DNA of 41,680 bases. Source: a virus. Below the pieces are notes generated by a model, which was given only the letters and a program-made list of their open reading frames with translations, was not told the origin of the DNA and did not search any database. Positions 24,597 to 34,468 of the stretch are shown here, piece by piece; the stretch's first letter is position 1; each line of letters opens with the position of its first letter. The DNA lies in the IMG/VR virus record IMGVR_UViG_3300036905_000054; one strand, given 5' to 3'. Both the position numbers and the translations under genes were made by a program.

Positions 24597-24965
24597 TTAT
24601 TGTTCTTGTGTAGCCAAGGCTGTAGGTGGCGTAGGCGGAATCTGTGACGGGGGAGGAATATTCGACATTCCTGATTCAGCTGCACCAACCAGAGCTGTAA
24701 CTCCGTAGCAATAATCCCCCAAAGAGGCTACCGTTGTATCCGTATAAGTCTTTGCTGTACCGGTGAGTGATGTGGTTGTCAGGAGTGCGAAAGTTCCACA
24801 AGCTCCAGACGAATAAGTTGTTCTGTAGACATTAATACCTGTAGCCCCAGATGGGGGAGTCCAAGTCAAAACTACAGAATACGGATAAGAAACACCCTGT
24901 GCTTGGGAATTAACTCCCAAAACGAAGAAAAGTGCGATAAACATAGTAACGATTTTCATTTTCAT
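24597..24965 (-). CDS. secreted Fn3-like small protein
   Basis: Signal peptide MKMKIVTMFIALFFVLGVNSQAQG, then VVLTWTPPSGATGINVYRT. Confidence 0.55.
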   Translation of the reverse strand: MKMKIVTMFIALFFVLGVNSQAQGVSYPYSVVLTWTPPSGATGINVYRTTYSSGACGTFALLTTTSLTGTAKTYTDTTVASLGDYCYGVTALVGAAESGMSNIPPPSQIPPTPPTALATQEQ

Positions 24966-24976
24966 ATTTTCACTCC

Positions 24977-27073
24977 TTACGCCTGCTCTGGAACAAAGTT
25001 ATTTTGCGACATTTTAATGCCGCTATCGGACAAAGTTTTAACGAGCCAATCTTTCCCTACTTGTTTTATACCTAATTCTGCGGCTTTAGTCAACTTAGTT
25101 TTTCCCGCGTCATCACCAACGATCAAAAGATTTATTTTTTTGGTTACACCAGTTTTAGATTCGGCCCCTAAGCTAACAAGTTTCTTGATAAGAGAGTTTC
25201 TATCTTCGTCAAACTCCCCTGTAATGCAGAAAATAATACCACTTAGAGGTGCCCCAGCTACTATTTTAGGCGTTTCCGGAGGAGTAGGACGCACACCTAA
25301 ATTGAATAATGACAAACACAAAACTTTGTTGTCAGGGTTCGCCCCCCATTCAGATAAAGCTTTTATTTTCTGCGGCCCTATACCCTCAATTTTGTTCTCT
25401 TCCAAGTTTTGGGTAATTTGCCATAAATCTTTGAAGCTCTCTGGGGTGAGCTTAAAAAATGTCACCAAAGCTTTACCATGAGTTTCCCCAATCATAGGAA
25501 TCCCCAAAGCTTTGATCCAACGCTCCCAAGGAGCGGTTTTAGCCTTCTCTAAGGAATCCAACATTTTGGGAAGAGTGGCATCAAATCCTATCATTCGAGC
25601 ATAGGCGATAAATTCTTTATTTGTATCCATGGAGAGTCTTTTATCTTGGCATCTATTATAAAAATTAAAAAGCCCAGCCAGATCATGGATCCCTTCCTCT
25701 TTCACTAGTGTTCTTGCTGCTTCTGGACCCAACCCATCGATTTCTAGTACATCCCTACTACCAATAAAAGCCAAATACCCCCGTAGAATACCGGGGCATG
25801 CTTGATTGGTACAAAAATGTTGAATGATGCCTACTCCGCCCTCATCCATCTCCACAACTTTTCCAGCGCATTCCGGACATTTTGTTGGTGGAATGATTTC
25901 ATCATCCCCTTCGTCAATCACACGAACGATTTGAGGGATCACATCCCCGGATCGCAGCATTTCTACCTTTGCCCCCAGTTTCAAACCTTTTTCTTTAATC
26001 CAGGAGATGTTGTTAAGACTGGCGTGTTCGACCTTCGCGGAAGCCAGTATCACGGGGTCACATTCCGCAACAGGAGACAATTTTCCTGTTCGTCCTACCT
26101 GCCATTCGATGCTGCGTAGATACGTAGTACCAGAGGCAGATTGGGGTTTGAAGCAGGTTTGCCAGTTGGTATATTTAGAAGCAACTCCTAACTGTGTGCG
26201 TAAAGCATTCGAATCTACTTTAATGACTACGCCATCAGTTTCCAAGGAAAGAATATCACGAAGTTTAGTTGTGCGCTCCTTAAGTTTCTTCGCTAAAACA
26301 GCTCGTAGTGAAGCTTCATCTTCTACCAGTTCTCCCAAGGGAGCGACAAACCCCGCATCAACAAGCATATCCAAGCGGGCAAACCCACTATCATTTAAAT
26401 CTGAACCTGTCACTTCCCAAGGTCTATATTCAAGGTCACGACTAGCTACAATTTTAGCGTCTTGCTTTTTCATGGTACCCGCTGTTAGATTACGGGTGGA
26501 CTGATAAATTTTACCCCCATATTTTTGGGCCTCAGCGTTGAGACGTTCAAGGGTGTCATTCCGCATGACCATTTCTCCCCGAATGTCAAACACATTTGGA
26601 AAACTATTAGGTACTGTTTTTGGAATGGATTTGATCGCCATTACCTGTAAAGTGCAATCTTCTCCTTCACTGCCCGTACCGCGGGAAACGGCTTGATGCA
26701 ATTTTCCATGCCTATACCTTAATTCTACGCTCACACCATCAAATTTTGGCTCTAAGCAGAATTTGGCGTCGGGATATCCTGCCCATATTTTCTTAGCCCA
26801 TTCCACAAAGTCATCAACAGTGTATTTGTTCTCAATGCTGAGCATGGGACGGCTGTGCTTCACTCTTCCAGAGGCCGTTACATCGGAACCCACTGTATGG
26901 AGTACAGGGGCGAACACCTTCAATTGAGGATTAGCCGATATTATATCCGCCAACTCTTTTTCCTGAGCGTCATATTCAGCATCGGACATCACGGGTTCGC
27001 CCTTCTTGTAATAAGCGTCCCGTGCTTTTTCTAGTTTCGCGTTTAGCGCTGTGGTGTATTCTTGAAGACCCAT
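24977..27073 (-). CDS. ligA: NAD-dependent DNA ligase
   Basis: Adenylation motif EPKFDG, a Cys4 Zn finger (CPECAG...CTNQACPG), HhH region and a C-terminal BRCT-like tail. Confidence 0.85.
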   Translation of the reverse strand: MGLQEYTTALNAKLEKARDAYYKKGEPVMSDAEYDAQEKELADIISANPQLKVFAPVLHTVGSDVTASGRVKHSRPMLSIENKYTVDDFVEWAKKIWAGYPDAKFCLEPKFDGVSVELRYRHGKLHQAVSRGTGSEGEDCTLQVMAIKSIPKTVPNSFPNVFDIRGEMVMRNDTLERLNAEAQKYGGKIYQSTRNLTAGTMKKQDAKIVASRDLEYRPWEVTGSDLNDSGFARLDMLVDAGFVAPLGELVEDEASLRAVLAKKLKERTTKLRDILSLETDGVVIKVDSNALRTQLGVASKYTNWQTCFKPQSASGTTYLRSIEWQVGRTGKLSPVAECDPVILASAKVEHASLNNISWIKEKGLKLGAKVEMLRSGDVIPQIVRVIDEGDDEIIPPTKCPECAGKVVEMDEGGVGIIQHFCTNQACPGILRGYLAFIGSRDVLEIDGLGPEAARTLVKEEGIHDLAGLFNFYNRCQDKRLSMDTNKEFIAYARMIGFDATLPKMLDSLEKAKTAPWERWIKALGIPMIGETHGKALVTFFKLTPESFKDLWQITQNLEENKIEGIGPQKIKALSEWGANPDNKVLCLSLFNLGVRPTPPETPKIVAGAPLSGIIFCITGEFDEDRNSLIKKLVSLGAESKTGVTKKINLLIVGDDAGKTKLTKAAELGIKQVGKDWLVKTLSDSGIKMSQNNFVPEQA

Positions 27074-27078
27074 AATTA

Positions 27079-27414
27079 TTAGTCCATAGACTTGTATATT
27101 GAGTATACCAGCTTAACGGTGACAGACGCAAGTGCAGCCATCACTAAAATTGATACAAAATAGTCAATTGGAGCCCAACAAGAGATCACGATTGGGTGAT
27201 AAATACACACCAAAATAGCCGCAATCCACTGACTTGTACACCATGGGCAGGAAAGCAATTCGTCCAGCCAAGGGCTACGTAAACGTAACGCAGCATGTAG
27301 AGGGTTAAATATCGCCCCTTGGGTGATCAATGCACTCAGAGCACCACACGGGATGCTAAGGTATACCAGTTGGAATAAAGCGGATAAATTCATGGCTCTA
27401 TGTGTCCGATACAA
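27079..27414 (-). CDS. small integral membrane protein
   Basis: 111 aa with 3-4 TM helices. Confidence 0.5.
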   Translation of the reverse strand: MYRTHRAMNLSALFQLVYLSIPCGALSALITQGAIFNPLHAALRLRSPWLDELLSCPWCTSQWIAAILVCIYHPIVISCWAPIDYFVSILVMAALASVTVKLVYSIYKSMD

Positions 27415-27698
27415 TTATTGTAAAGACAGGCGTGGCAAGAACAACCCACTCTACAAGCTTGAATACGAGGTTTTTCAGCGCTAAATGATAAATCGGTGTA
27501 CTGCCCAGTGTTGGGGCAAACACCCCTTGTGGAACGTATATCAATTTCAGTGTACTGAATTTCGAATCGCTGACGGGGATTTGAGATCTCATACAATTCA
27601 CCCACAATGTCGCCTACAGGGTCAAGATGGATATTGATCGGAGAAATACCTTTTCCTTTCTTTACAGGAATTGCCGGTTTTGTTTTCTTTTCCTGCAT
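27390..27698 (-). CDS. hypothetical protein (Cys/His-rich C-terminus)
   Basis: 102 aa; TAATG overlap with the upstream ORF. Confidence 0.45.
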   Translation of the reverse strand: MQEKKTKPAIPVKKGKGISPINIHLDPVGDIVGELYEISNPRQRFEIQYTEIDIRSTRGVCPNTGQYTDLSFSAEKPRIQACRVGCSCHACLYNNCIGHIEP

Positions 27699-27907
27699 TA
27701 GCGAACCGATTTCTTTTTAGCTATTGCTACACAACAGGGTGCTCTAAAATATTCTGGTATATTCTGGTTCGGGTGTTCAATTTCTTCAAGCTCCTTCAAA
27801 ATATCATCCGCATCCCCTATGTCAATATTTGCATCGAGAGTTGGACCATGATTTTCTTGAGGGCGAGGTTTCTTTTCTTGTGGTCTTTCTTTTTGTACTT
27901 GAGACAT
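27698..27907 (-). CDS. small acidic disordered protein with a Pup-like helix (DADDILKELEEIE)
   Basis: 69 aa directly downstream of the Mpa-like ATPase. The basic, Pro-rich N-terminus and acidic helix resemble Pup's Mpa-binding region, but there is no GGQ/GGE C-terminus. Confidence 0.45.
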   Translation of the reverse strand: MSQVQKERPQEKKPRPQENHGPTLDANIDIGDADDILKELEEIEHPNQNIPEYFRAPCCVAIAKKKSVR

Positions 27908-29419
27908 TTAGGAATCATACCTCTGTTTTGAACTTGGAATTGGAACAGCTACCAGTTGTGCCGTAGGTGAAGATGGAGAACGAACATCGATCTTCACCCC
28001 GTTATGGTACTGCTCCATAGCTGTTACTTGCAATTTTTGATTCTCAACGAACTCTCGTAGCTCATCCATGTGATTCATACCATACTGCTCTTTATGCATA
28101 GCTGTTAAAGCAATGTCGAAATCTTTTTGACACAACCCATCAATATTTTTAGCGTCATTATTACGATCAATAGCAACCGCCGAAGCTCGCTCTACAATAC
28201 CAGCGATGAGCGCTCCACTGACCAGACTACCTAAACTGAAAACCCTAGTTCCTATAGTTGTTTCCAATTTATACAATGGATATTGTTCGCTAAAAAGTCT
28301 TTCATTGGTAGTTTTAATCAATTCCTCAGAGCTGACCCCCTTGGATAAAGGAACATTCCGCATATGAATATTCCAAATGGATGGCGCATTTTCCTTCGTT
28401 GGGGGCGCTACATAAACTGGTCGATCTATACGCCCAGGACGAATTACAGCGGGATCCAGCGTATCAGCCCGATTGGTTGCCAAAAGCACAAAAGTCCCGC
28501 TATCTTCAATTCCATCCATTTCAGAGAGAAATTGGGGAACAATGGTTTGCTCCATGCCAGCGGATGTGCGGCTTCCCCGGCGCATTAAAATAGCATCTGC
28601 TTCATCAATGAATAAAATAGCAGGGTACCCGTATTTTTTGTAGTGGCGTTTACAAAAATCAAATGCCAAACGAATTTGACTTTCTGACTCACCTACATAT
28701 TTATCTAAAATCTCCGGCCCTTTAATGTAAACAAATCCGGATTCCACTGATTCTTTGCTGTGCATACGAGCCAAGGAACCTGCGGCCGCTCTTCCGATGA
28801 GCGTTTTACCGTTCCCTGCGCGACCCCACAAAAGAGCCCCTTTAACTTCTTTTTTGTGGAAATACTTAAAAATATCTTTTTTAACATAAGGAGTTTCCAG
28901 CGCTGCAATAATTGCCTTTTTAGCATCTTCGCATGCGCCAATATCATCCCAGGTTAAAACTGCATTCGTTTTAAAGGCAAATTTAGAAGTCTGATTTATT
29001 TTTTTGATGATGACATGGTTTGTACTGTCCATGATCACATGATCCCCAATTTCCACGGGGACGGTAGCGTAATCAGTAGCCAATATACCAGATGGGGTAT
29101 TAAGTTGGATTGTTTTATCGTCTATTTGGACGACAGTTCCAGATACCCCGTAAGTAGTGTAGTCGCTTACCCGAACAATTTGTCCCGTTTCGGGATGAAC
29201 GTCTACTGACATTCCTACTTTTACTGGGATAGAACTTTCAACTTGATCTAACTCAAAAACTTGATTTGCCGTAACTACAATCACCGATTTATCCAAAACA
29301 GCGGTAACGACTCCCACATGATAAGCGGCGGCGGTGAGGCGTTTTAAAAGATTTTGCTGCTCCGTAATCTTTTCACGAGCATTATTGACAACAGCGATTT
29401 CCTTGTCAGTCATCGACAT
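27908..29419 (-). CDS. proteasome-associated AAA ATPase, Mpa/ARC-like
   Basis: Walker A GRAGNGKTLIGRAAAGSLA (Mpa-type ..GKTLIAKAVANSLA) and IKGPEILDKYVGESESQIRLAF. Walker B ILFIDEADAIL; SRH TIVPQFLSEMDGIED...ATNRADTLDPAVIRPGRIDRPVYV. The N-terminal coiled-coil/OB region is like ARC/PAN. Confidence 0.8.
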   Translation of the reverse strand: MSMTDKEIAVVNNAREKITEQQNLLKRLTAAAYHVGVVTAVLDKSVIVVTANQVFELDQVESSIPVKVGMSVDVHPETGQIVRVSDYTTYGVSGTVVQIDDKTIQLNTPSGILATDYATVPVEIGDHVIMDSTNHVIIKKINQTSKFAFKTNAVLTWDDIGACEDAKKAIIAALETPYVKKDIFKYFHKKEVKGALLWGRAGNGKTLIGRAAAGSLARMHSKESVESGFVYIKGPEILDKYVGESESQIRLAFDFCKRHYKKYGYPAILFIDEADAILMRRGSRTSAGMEQTIVPQFLSEMDGIEDSGTFVLLATNRADTLDPAVIRPGRIDRPVYVAPPTKENAPSIWNIHMRNVPLSKGVSSEELIKTTNERLFSEQYPLYKLETTIGTRVFSLGSLVSGALIAGIVERASAVAIDRNNDAKNIDGLCQKDFDIALTAMHKEQYGMNHMDELREFVENQKLQVTAMEQYHNGVKIDVRSPSSPTAQLVAVPIPSSKQRYDS

Positions 29420-29487
29420 TTTTGTTCCTCAAATCTTAGATGCTGAGTTTACCATAAAAGAATAATACTTTTCTAGGTCACAAGCTG

Positions 29488-30258
29488 CTAGTTCGGTTCG
29501 GGTAGCTTGGTAGGAAATAAGAATGTAAACTCAGCAGATGAAATTTCTTTGCGTTTACCATCGGGATCAGCAATAAAATACTGCTTTGGGTCATAACCCC
29601 TAATCTCCCCAGAAAGCTTCTCCCAAAGCTTTACCTGCCGCACTTTTTCGTAGCCTCCGAACTGCTGGCCCACCTTGTAAGCAGCATCATCTTCAGTCTG
29701 CACCACGTAGCCTCCGAACTGCGTATACTGACCCACCTTGTAAGCAGCATCATCTTCAGTCTGCAACACCCGTTTTGCTAAGTGATATTTATATTGAAGT
29801 TTGTCATGCCATTTTGGGTGAGCGATTTTAATATTTGGAAGGCGTTTAAGATTTGTGAGGAGGTCTGCGATTTTAACTAGTCTTCCGCCTTTCGACGCGC
29901 GGGCTCGATAAATAAAATCACGATAAAATTCTTTTATTCCATCGGATTCACGTCGGGTAACGGAATCTACGATATCTGCAACCACATCTCCGAATTCTTT
30001 ACGAACCTGATCAAGAGAAAAATCAGTGTCTTCAACCACATCGTGAAGTACAGCCGCTACTAAAAGTTGCTCTTTTGTAGCTCCATATAAAACGGGAAGG
30101 CAACAATCTGGAGTTTCATTGGGGGCACATTCCAGTTCTTTTTTTACAGCAAACATGACCTCTAAGCTGTGAAGAATGTGAGGGTCACCATCCGAGTCTA
30201 TTTGCCCATGGTGTGCTTTCAGCGCCAGCTCAATAGCTATTTCGAGTAAACTACTCAT
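29488..30258 (-). CDS. RelA/SpoT-type HD-domain small alarmone hydrolase (Mesh1-like)
   Basis: HGQ...HILHSLEV...AAVLHDVVEDT. Contains an internal 19-aa tandem duplication (QTEDDAAYKVGQ x2). Confidence 0.75.
   Translation of the reverse strand: MSSLLEIAIELALKAHHGQIDSDGDPHILHSLEVMFAVKKELECAPNETPDCCLPVLYGATKEQLLVAAVLHDVVEDTDFSLDQVRKEFGDVVADIVDSVTRRESDGIKEFYRDFIYRARASKGGRLVKIADLLTNLKRLPNIKIAHPKWHDKLQYKYHLAKRVLQTEDDAAYKVGQYTQFGGYVVQTEDDAAYKVGQQFGGYEKVRQVKLWEKLSGEIRGYDPKQYFIADPDGKRKEISSAEFTFLFPTKLPEPN
29650..29769. repeat. tandem duplication (~57 + 63 bp) inside the alarmone hydrolase gene
   Basis: Two units, gtagcctccgaactgc...catcttcagtctgca(c/a)cac; the second carries a 6-nt insertion. Confidence 0.85.
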
Positions 30259-30290
30259 GCTATTATTATACAGTTGAAGCAGGGGTTTGT

Positions 30291-32882
30291 CTACTCAAAA
30301 ATGAGTCTTTTTTGTAATAAGGGATTCCTAAAACTTGACACTGCAATGCCTTTGCGCACGGCATCTTCATTAGTTTTTGGCTCAGGAAACAGTCTTTTTT
30401 GCTTCACATTCCTTGATGGTTTTTTAGAAGGTTCGCCAAAAAGTTTAGCTACAGCCTTATTTGTTCTTTCGGGGTTCCACTCATCCCAATCATAGGGGAA
30501 TGACCAGCGAAATTCGGGAGTATCGTAATACCCTCCCGTGCCTCCAGCGTCTTGGTGGCCTTGGGCATCTTTTACCAGTTTCTTTTCATCCATGAGTTGC
30601 AAATAACGACCATCGGTGGTTGTTGTGATTTTGATCCTATCTTTATCTTTTAAGCCTTCTTGGACTTTCTTTTTAATATTTGCCCTTACCTCTGCTTGGT
30701 TTGGTCCCCCAGCCACATATGCAGCATGCAATTTTTGTAGTACAGGCACAGCATCCCACACTTTATTTTGATCGTAACCCTTTAATTTTTCTTTTATCTC
30801 TTGTATAACTTCAGGATTTGCGAATCCTCCCGTTTCATTCATCTCATTTTCCTGAGTAGTTAAATATTTTTTGAGTTTGTCAACTTCCTGGTCAAAAACT
30901 TTTTGCCCTTTAGCGATGTAAGCATTATATAAATCTGTAAGCGCCAATTTCACCGCAACTTTATCATTAGGGTTGAAATTTGAATACCATGATTGCATTT
31001 CTACTGGAAAATCATAAGTGAGGGATAAACCAATATTATGGATTTGCGGATCATTGATTCCGTTAAGCAAGTCCGTGAGTTCATCGATATCCGGGCTGTC
31101 ATAGTTGTGTTCACCAGTCTGAACAAACATCCACGCTTTCTTAGCTTCACTGTCACCTGTTTTCTTAATGAACTCTTCTTCATTAGGCCAAGAGGCAACC
31201 GCTACTCCGTATTTTGGGTCGTATGTAGCACTTTCTAAACCCAAAATAGCTTTGATTTTTTTCAACAGCTTTCCATCCATTCCATGTTCTTTATAATATC
31301 CTGCGATGGTCATTCCTACGCCTGGATTAATTTTATTGACGATGGCTTGTTGTTCAGGGGTAAGATCAGAAAAAGAAAAATTGTGAGACGCTAAGTATCC
31401 ACCGCCGCCAACGCCTTGTATTCTATGATCTTCCAATAATTTCATAATATATGGATGGTATTGAGGAGTAGGTTTTGCATTACCTTTACCCTTCATTTCC
31501 CCTAAAGTTCCACTGTCAGCACCTGGTGGGTCTTCATGAAGAATGAATGTAAGATGAGGTTCCCACAAAAAATCTTTTCCGTGTTTAACTGGTCTGCGTA
31601 AACTGAGTATGCCGATACCTTCTCTACCGGCGAAAGGGGAATTTCCGCAGTGACCCATGGCTTTAGCTTCTTGGTCACAGGAAGAGCGAGGTAAAAACCA
31701 CCAAGCCCAACCATCGGGAAACTTAATAAAAACTTTATCTTCTGTTTTAGGTTTAAGTCCTCGTTTTGCTGCTTCTGCCCAAGCCTGCTCAATGCTAGAA
31801 AATCGTTGTCGTAAATCAGTCCAAGTTTCTACTGTCGGACTATAATTATTGATCTCCGGTACATTCAAACCATAAAAGTGATCTAAATTTGCATGTATAG
31901 TCGATAAATCTCCTATACTCATACTATCAGCATCTGGATTTCCCCCTTTTGCTGACATGTCTTTTTTGTATTGATCTAGAACATTCTTTACTCGCTCTTT
32001 ATAAATCTGTTCTCTGGATTTCTCGCCTGGGGATGTTGGTTCAGCAGGTCTACCAGATCCAGCGGCTCCAGCGGCATGATAAAGTTCTTGCATGATAGCC
32101 AAGCGGATCCAGCGCAAAAACCAAATAACTCGATCCTGTTTTTTGAGACTCCGCTTAGCCCATGTAATTTCTTTATCTATCAAAAACTTGGATTCAGGGT
32201 TTAAAGCAAGTATAGACTTAAACATTTCCTCATAATTATAGGCTAAAATGATGTGGGAAGTGACACCAAATCTACCTTTGATTTGATTGCTTAAACTTTT
32301 AGCCATAAGAGGAGGAAATATCCTAGCTTTTTCGATATTTGGGCTAAAAGAAAATTTCTCTAGAGTAATGCCTTTGTAATCGGCGCTCGTAACATATAAA
32401 GTAGCTGGCAAACCCGTACTTCCTGTTTTAACCCCACCATCCAAAGCAACAATGGAATCAGCTTCTGCGTAATCTGGGCGTCTATTTAATCCTGGAGTGC
32501 CTTTTGCGGCGTTATTAACAGCTGTAGCAGCGGGGTTAGCCGCTTTTGATATATTCATCTGGTTATCCTCTAGAGCCCTCTGTAGGCTCTTTAATCCCGT
32601 TCCCCCGGGGGTATCTTCATAAACCGGCCCGCCCATGTCCAAAAACCATTGTTTGGTACCTCGCAGTACATTTAATTCCCCTTTTTGCTTGGGGCGCTTA
32701 AAAAGCAAAAATGTATCCGTACCGTACTTCAATTCCCAGCCGTATTGAGCTACCAGACGAGTTACTTTTGAGTCTTCGGGAGATTTTACCGCTTGTTTCC
32801 AGGCGAATCCCTTATCCCCAATGACAAATTGTCTACTGGTTTCCGGGTCGAAATAAGTAAGTTTTTGTAAAAGATTAGGCAT
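30291..32882 (-). CDS. large hypothetical protein (863 aa)
   Basis: No motif recognised with confidence. Confidence 0.65.
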   Translation of the reverse strand: MPNLLQKLTYFDPETSRQFVIGDKGFAWKQAVKSPEDSKVTRLVAQYGWELKYGTDTFLLFKRPKQKGELNVLRGTKQWFLDMGGPVYEDTPGGTGLKSLQRALEDNQMNISKAANPAATAVNNAAKGTPGLNRRPDYAEADSIVALDGGVKTGSTGLPATLYVTSADYKGITLEKFSFSPNIEKARIFPPLMAKSLSNQIKGRFGVTSHIILAYNYEEMFKSILALNPESKFLIDKEITWAKRSLKKQDRVIWFLRWIRLAIMQELYHAAGAAGSGRPAEPTSPGEKSREQIYKERVKNVLDQYKKDMSAKGGNPDADSMSIGDLSTIHANLDHFYGLNVPEINNYSPTVETWTDLRQRFSSIEQAWAEAAKRGLKPKTEDKVFIKFPDGWAWWFLPRSSCDQEAKAMGHCGNSPFAGREGIGILSLRRPVKHGKDFLWEPHLTFILHEDPPGADSGTLGEMKGKGNAKPTPQYHPYIMKLLEDHRIQGVGGGGYLASHNFSFSDLTPEQQAIVNKINPGVGMTIAGYYKEHGMDGKLLKKIKAILGLESATYDPKYGVAVASWPNEEEFIKKTGDSEAKKAWMFVQTGEHNYDSPDIDELTDLLNGINDPQIHNIGLSLTYDFPVEMQSWYSNFNPNDKVAVKLALTDLYNAYIAKGQKVFDQEVDKLKKYLTTQENEMNETGGFANPEVIQEIKEKLKGYDQNKVWDAVPVLQKLHAAYVAGGPNQAEVRANIKKKVQEGLKDKDRIKITTTTDGRYLQLMDEKKLVKDAQGHQDAGGTGGYYDTPEFRWSFPYDWDEWNPERTNKAVAKLFGEPSKKPSRNVKQKRLFPEPKTNEDAVRKGIAVSSFRNPLLQKRLIFE

Positions 32883-32926
32883 GACGGTTTCTACAGAAGA
32901 AGTAGAAAGTCACTGTTTTTATGGAT

Positions 32927-33412
32927 TTACTGAGTTGTGTTATTTTTTTCTATTCCACGTACTTTCAACCATTCTATTTCTTGGGGACTTAAGGGGCAGG
33001 GTGAAGGATCTCCAGGTTTCCAATTGTGGATGTGATCGGGAAGATTATTGAAACTAACATCTCTGTAACCAAGCCAAATCCAAACAGACATCATTATGGC
33101 GTTAAGAATATTCCAAGCGGCTTGGGGGAGGTGGGGTTCATTGCGATCTCCTTCTCGATAACGCTGAATGTGGCGTTCGGCGGAACCAAGCAACTCATTA
33201 ATTGGCATTCCATTTTCCCAATTACGAGTATCCCCATTGCCGATGCCGCCGTTGAGTTTATCCCTTTGGATGTTACCGTTCTCGTAAATGCGAGAAACAA
33301 GGAAAAGAGCAATAGAAGGCATCCAGTGTGGTGCCCCTTTCCCTATCGCTGCGTCTCTACTCGCACCGCCCTTAAATACACGTTCCTCACCTGTTTTTTT
33401 AAACTCTTCCAT
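32927..33412 (-). CDS. hypothetical protein
   Basis: 161 aa. Confidence 0.5.
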   Translation of the reverse strand: MEEFKKTGEERVFKGGASRDAAIGKGAPHWMPSIALFLVSRIYENGNIQRDKLNGGIGNGDTRNWENGMPINELLGSAERHIQRYREGDRNEPHLPQAAWNILNAIMMSVWIWLGYRDVSFNNLPDHIHNWKPGDPSPCPLSPQEIEWLKVRGIEKNNTTQ

Positions 33413-33460
33413 GTCTCCTAATACTGAACCTAGCGGTTTATAGATAAGAAAAAAATGGTA

Positions 33461-33901
33461 TTAAGACCAATCCACCACTTTATCTTCATCTTTTAGAGGC
33501 TGAGTCCATCGATACCCATTCGTGGTAGTAACAATACGCTTCCAGTTGTTACATTCCATGTTGGAGACGAGTATTGCATCGTCTTTAGTTGCGCGAGCTT
33601 TCACTTGTTTCAAAGTCTCGACCTTACCGCCCAAGTAATACATCCCGCTTGTTTTGGTTTCTTTGGAGTCCAAATCATCCACTCCCCTGCTGCGAGTAGA
33701 AAACCTAAATCCATAAGGTACAGCGTCATGACGTTCTTTGATCCCGCGAGCTTTTTTCTTGGCTTCTTCAACATCCCAAGAATCAATAGATAAGCAGCTT
33801 GTTTCTGCTACAAATGTACCCGGGCTGAAAAATGTTACAAAATGTTTTTCCATAACCACCTTTTTTTGAGTTTTTGCTTTAACTTTCTTTTTTGTTTTCA
33901 T
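33461..33901 (-). CDS. hypothetical basic protein
   Basis: 146 aa. Confidence 0.5.
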   Translation of the reverse strand: MKTKKKVKAKTQKKVVMEKHFVTFFSPGTFVAETSCLSIDSWDVEEAKKKARGIKERHDAVPYGFRFSTRSRGVDDLDSKETKTSGMYYLGGKVETLKQVKARATKDDAILVSNMECNNWKRIVTTTNGYRWTQPLKDEDKVVDWS

Positions 33902-33960
33902 AAATAGGATACAAGATACCTAAAATTTGTCATTGGCTCGTGCCTGCTTCTGTGTGATCT

Positions 33961-34296
33961 TCATATACCAGCCTTTCCGCACCTGCCACAAATGAAACCG
34001 TTCGCGGAATTAGTCCTATGTCGGTGCCAATGCGGTTTTATTCGGCCACTTCCCCAGCCCAATGCACGGGCAATTTCCGTACCCAACTGGTCCCCTGCAC
34101 TGGCATACCAATGATACCATTCTTTTTGATGCCCGAATACCCGGCAAAGCCAATCCCAAGTAGGGCCGTCCCGCCATCTCCGTTTGTACGGCCATGATCC
34201 AGTTCCTATCTTAAGCCTTGGCATTAGACCCACGCTCCGCAATCGTCGCAGGACGAGTCCATGCCGACTGGATGTGTCTTCTTGTGCGGGCAGCAA
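33961..34296 (-). CDS. hypothetical Arg/Trp-rich protein with C-terminal CGRCG
   Basis: 111 aa; start of a GC-rich island. Confidence 0.4.
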   Translation of the reverse strand: MLPAQEDTSSRHGLVLRRLRSVGLMPRLKIGTGSWPYKRRWRDGPTWDWLCRVFGHQKEWYHWYASAGDQLGTEIARALGWGSGRIKPHWHRHRTNSANGFICGRCGKAGI

Positions 34297-34430
34297 TTGA
34301 TATTGAAAACGAAATTGTGCAACTCATCATCAGTGAGACGATTCACCTTCGCCACGGCCAAACGAAGCAGCCGCTCTTTGGTCATTTTCTTGGGCATCAG
34401 AATGTCTTCTTTCCGACCCACGAGATCCAC
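34224..34430 (-). CDS. hypothetical small protein with Cys pairs
   Basis: 68 aa. Confidence 0.35.
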   Translation of the reverse strand: MDLVGRKEDILMPKKMTKERLLRLAVAKVNRLTDDELHNFVFNINCCPHKKTHPVGMDSSCDDCGAWV

Positions 34431-34468
34431 TTTTGGGCCTCGGGTGGGCTTTCAGCTTTTCTATCATA

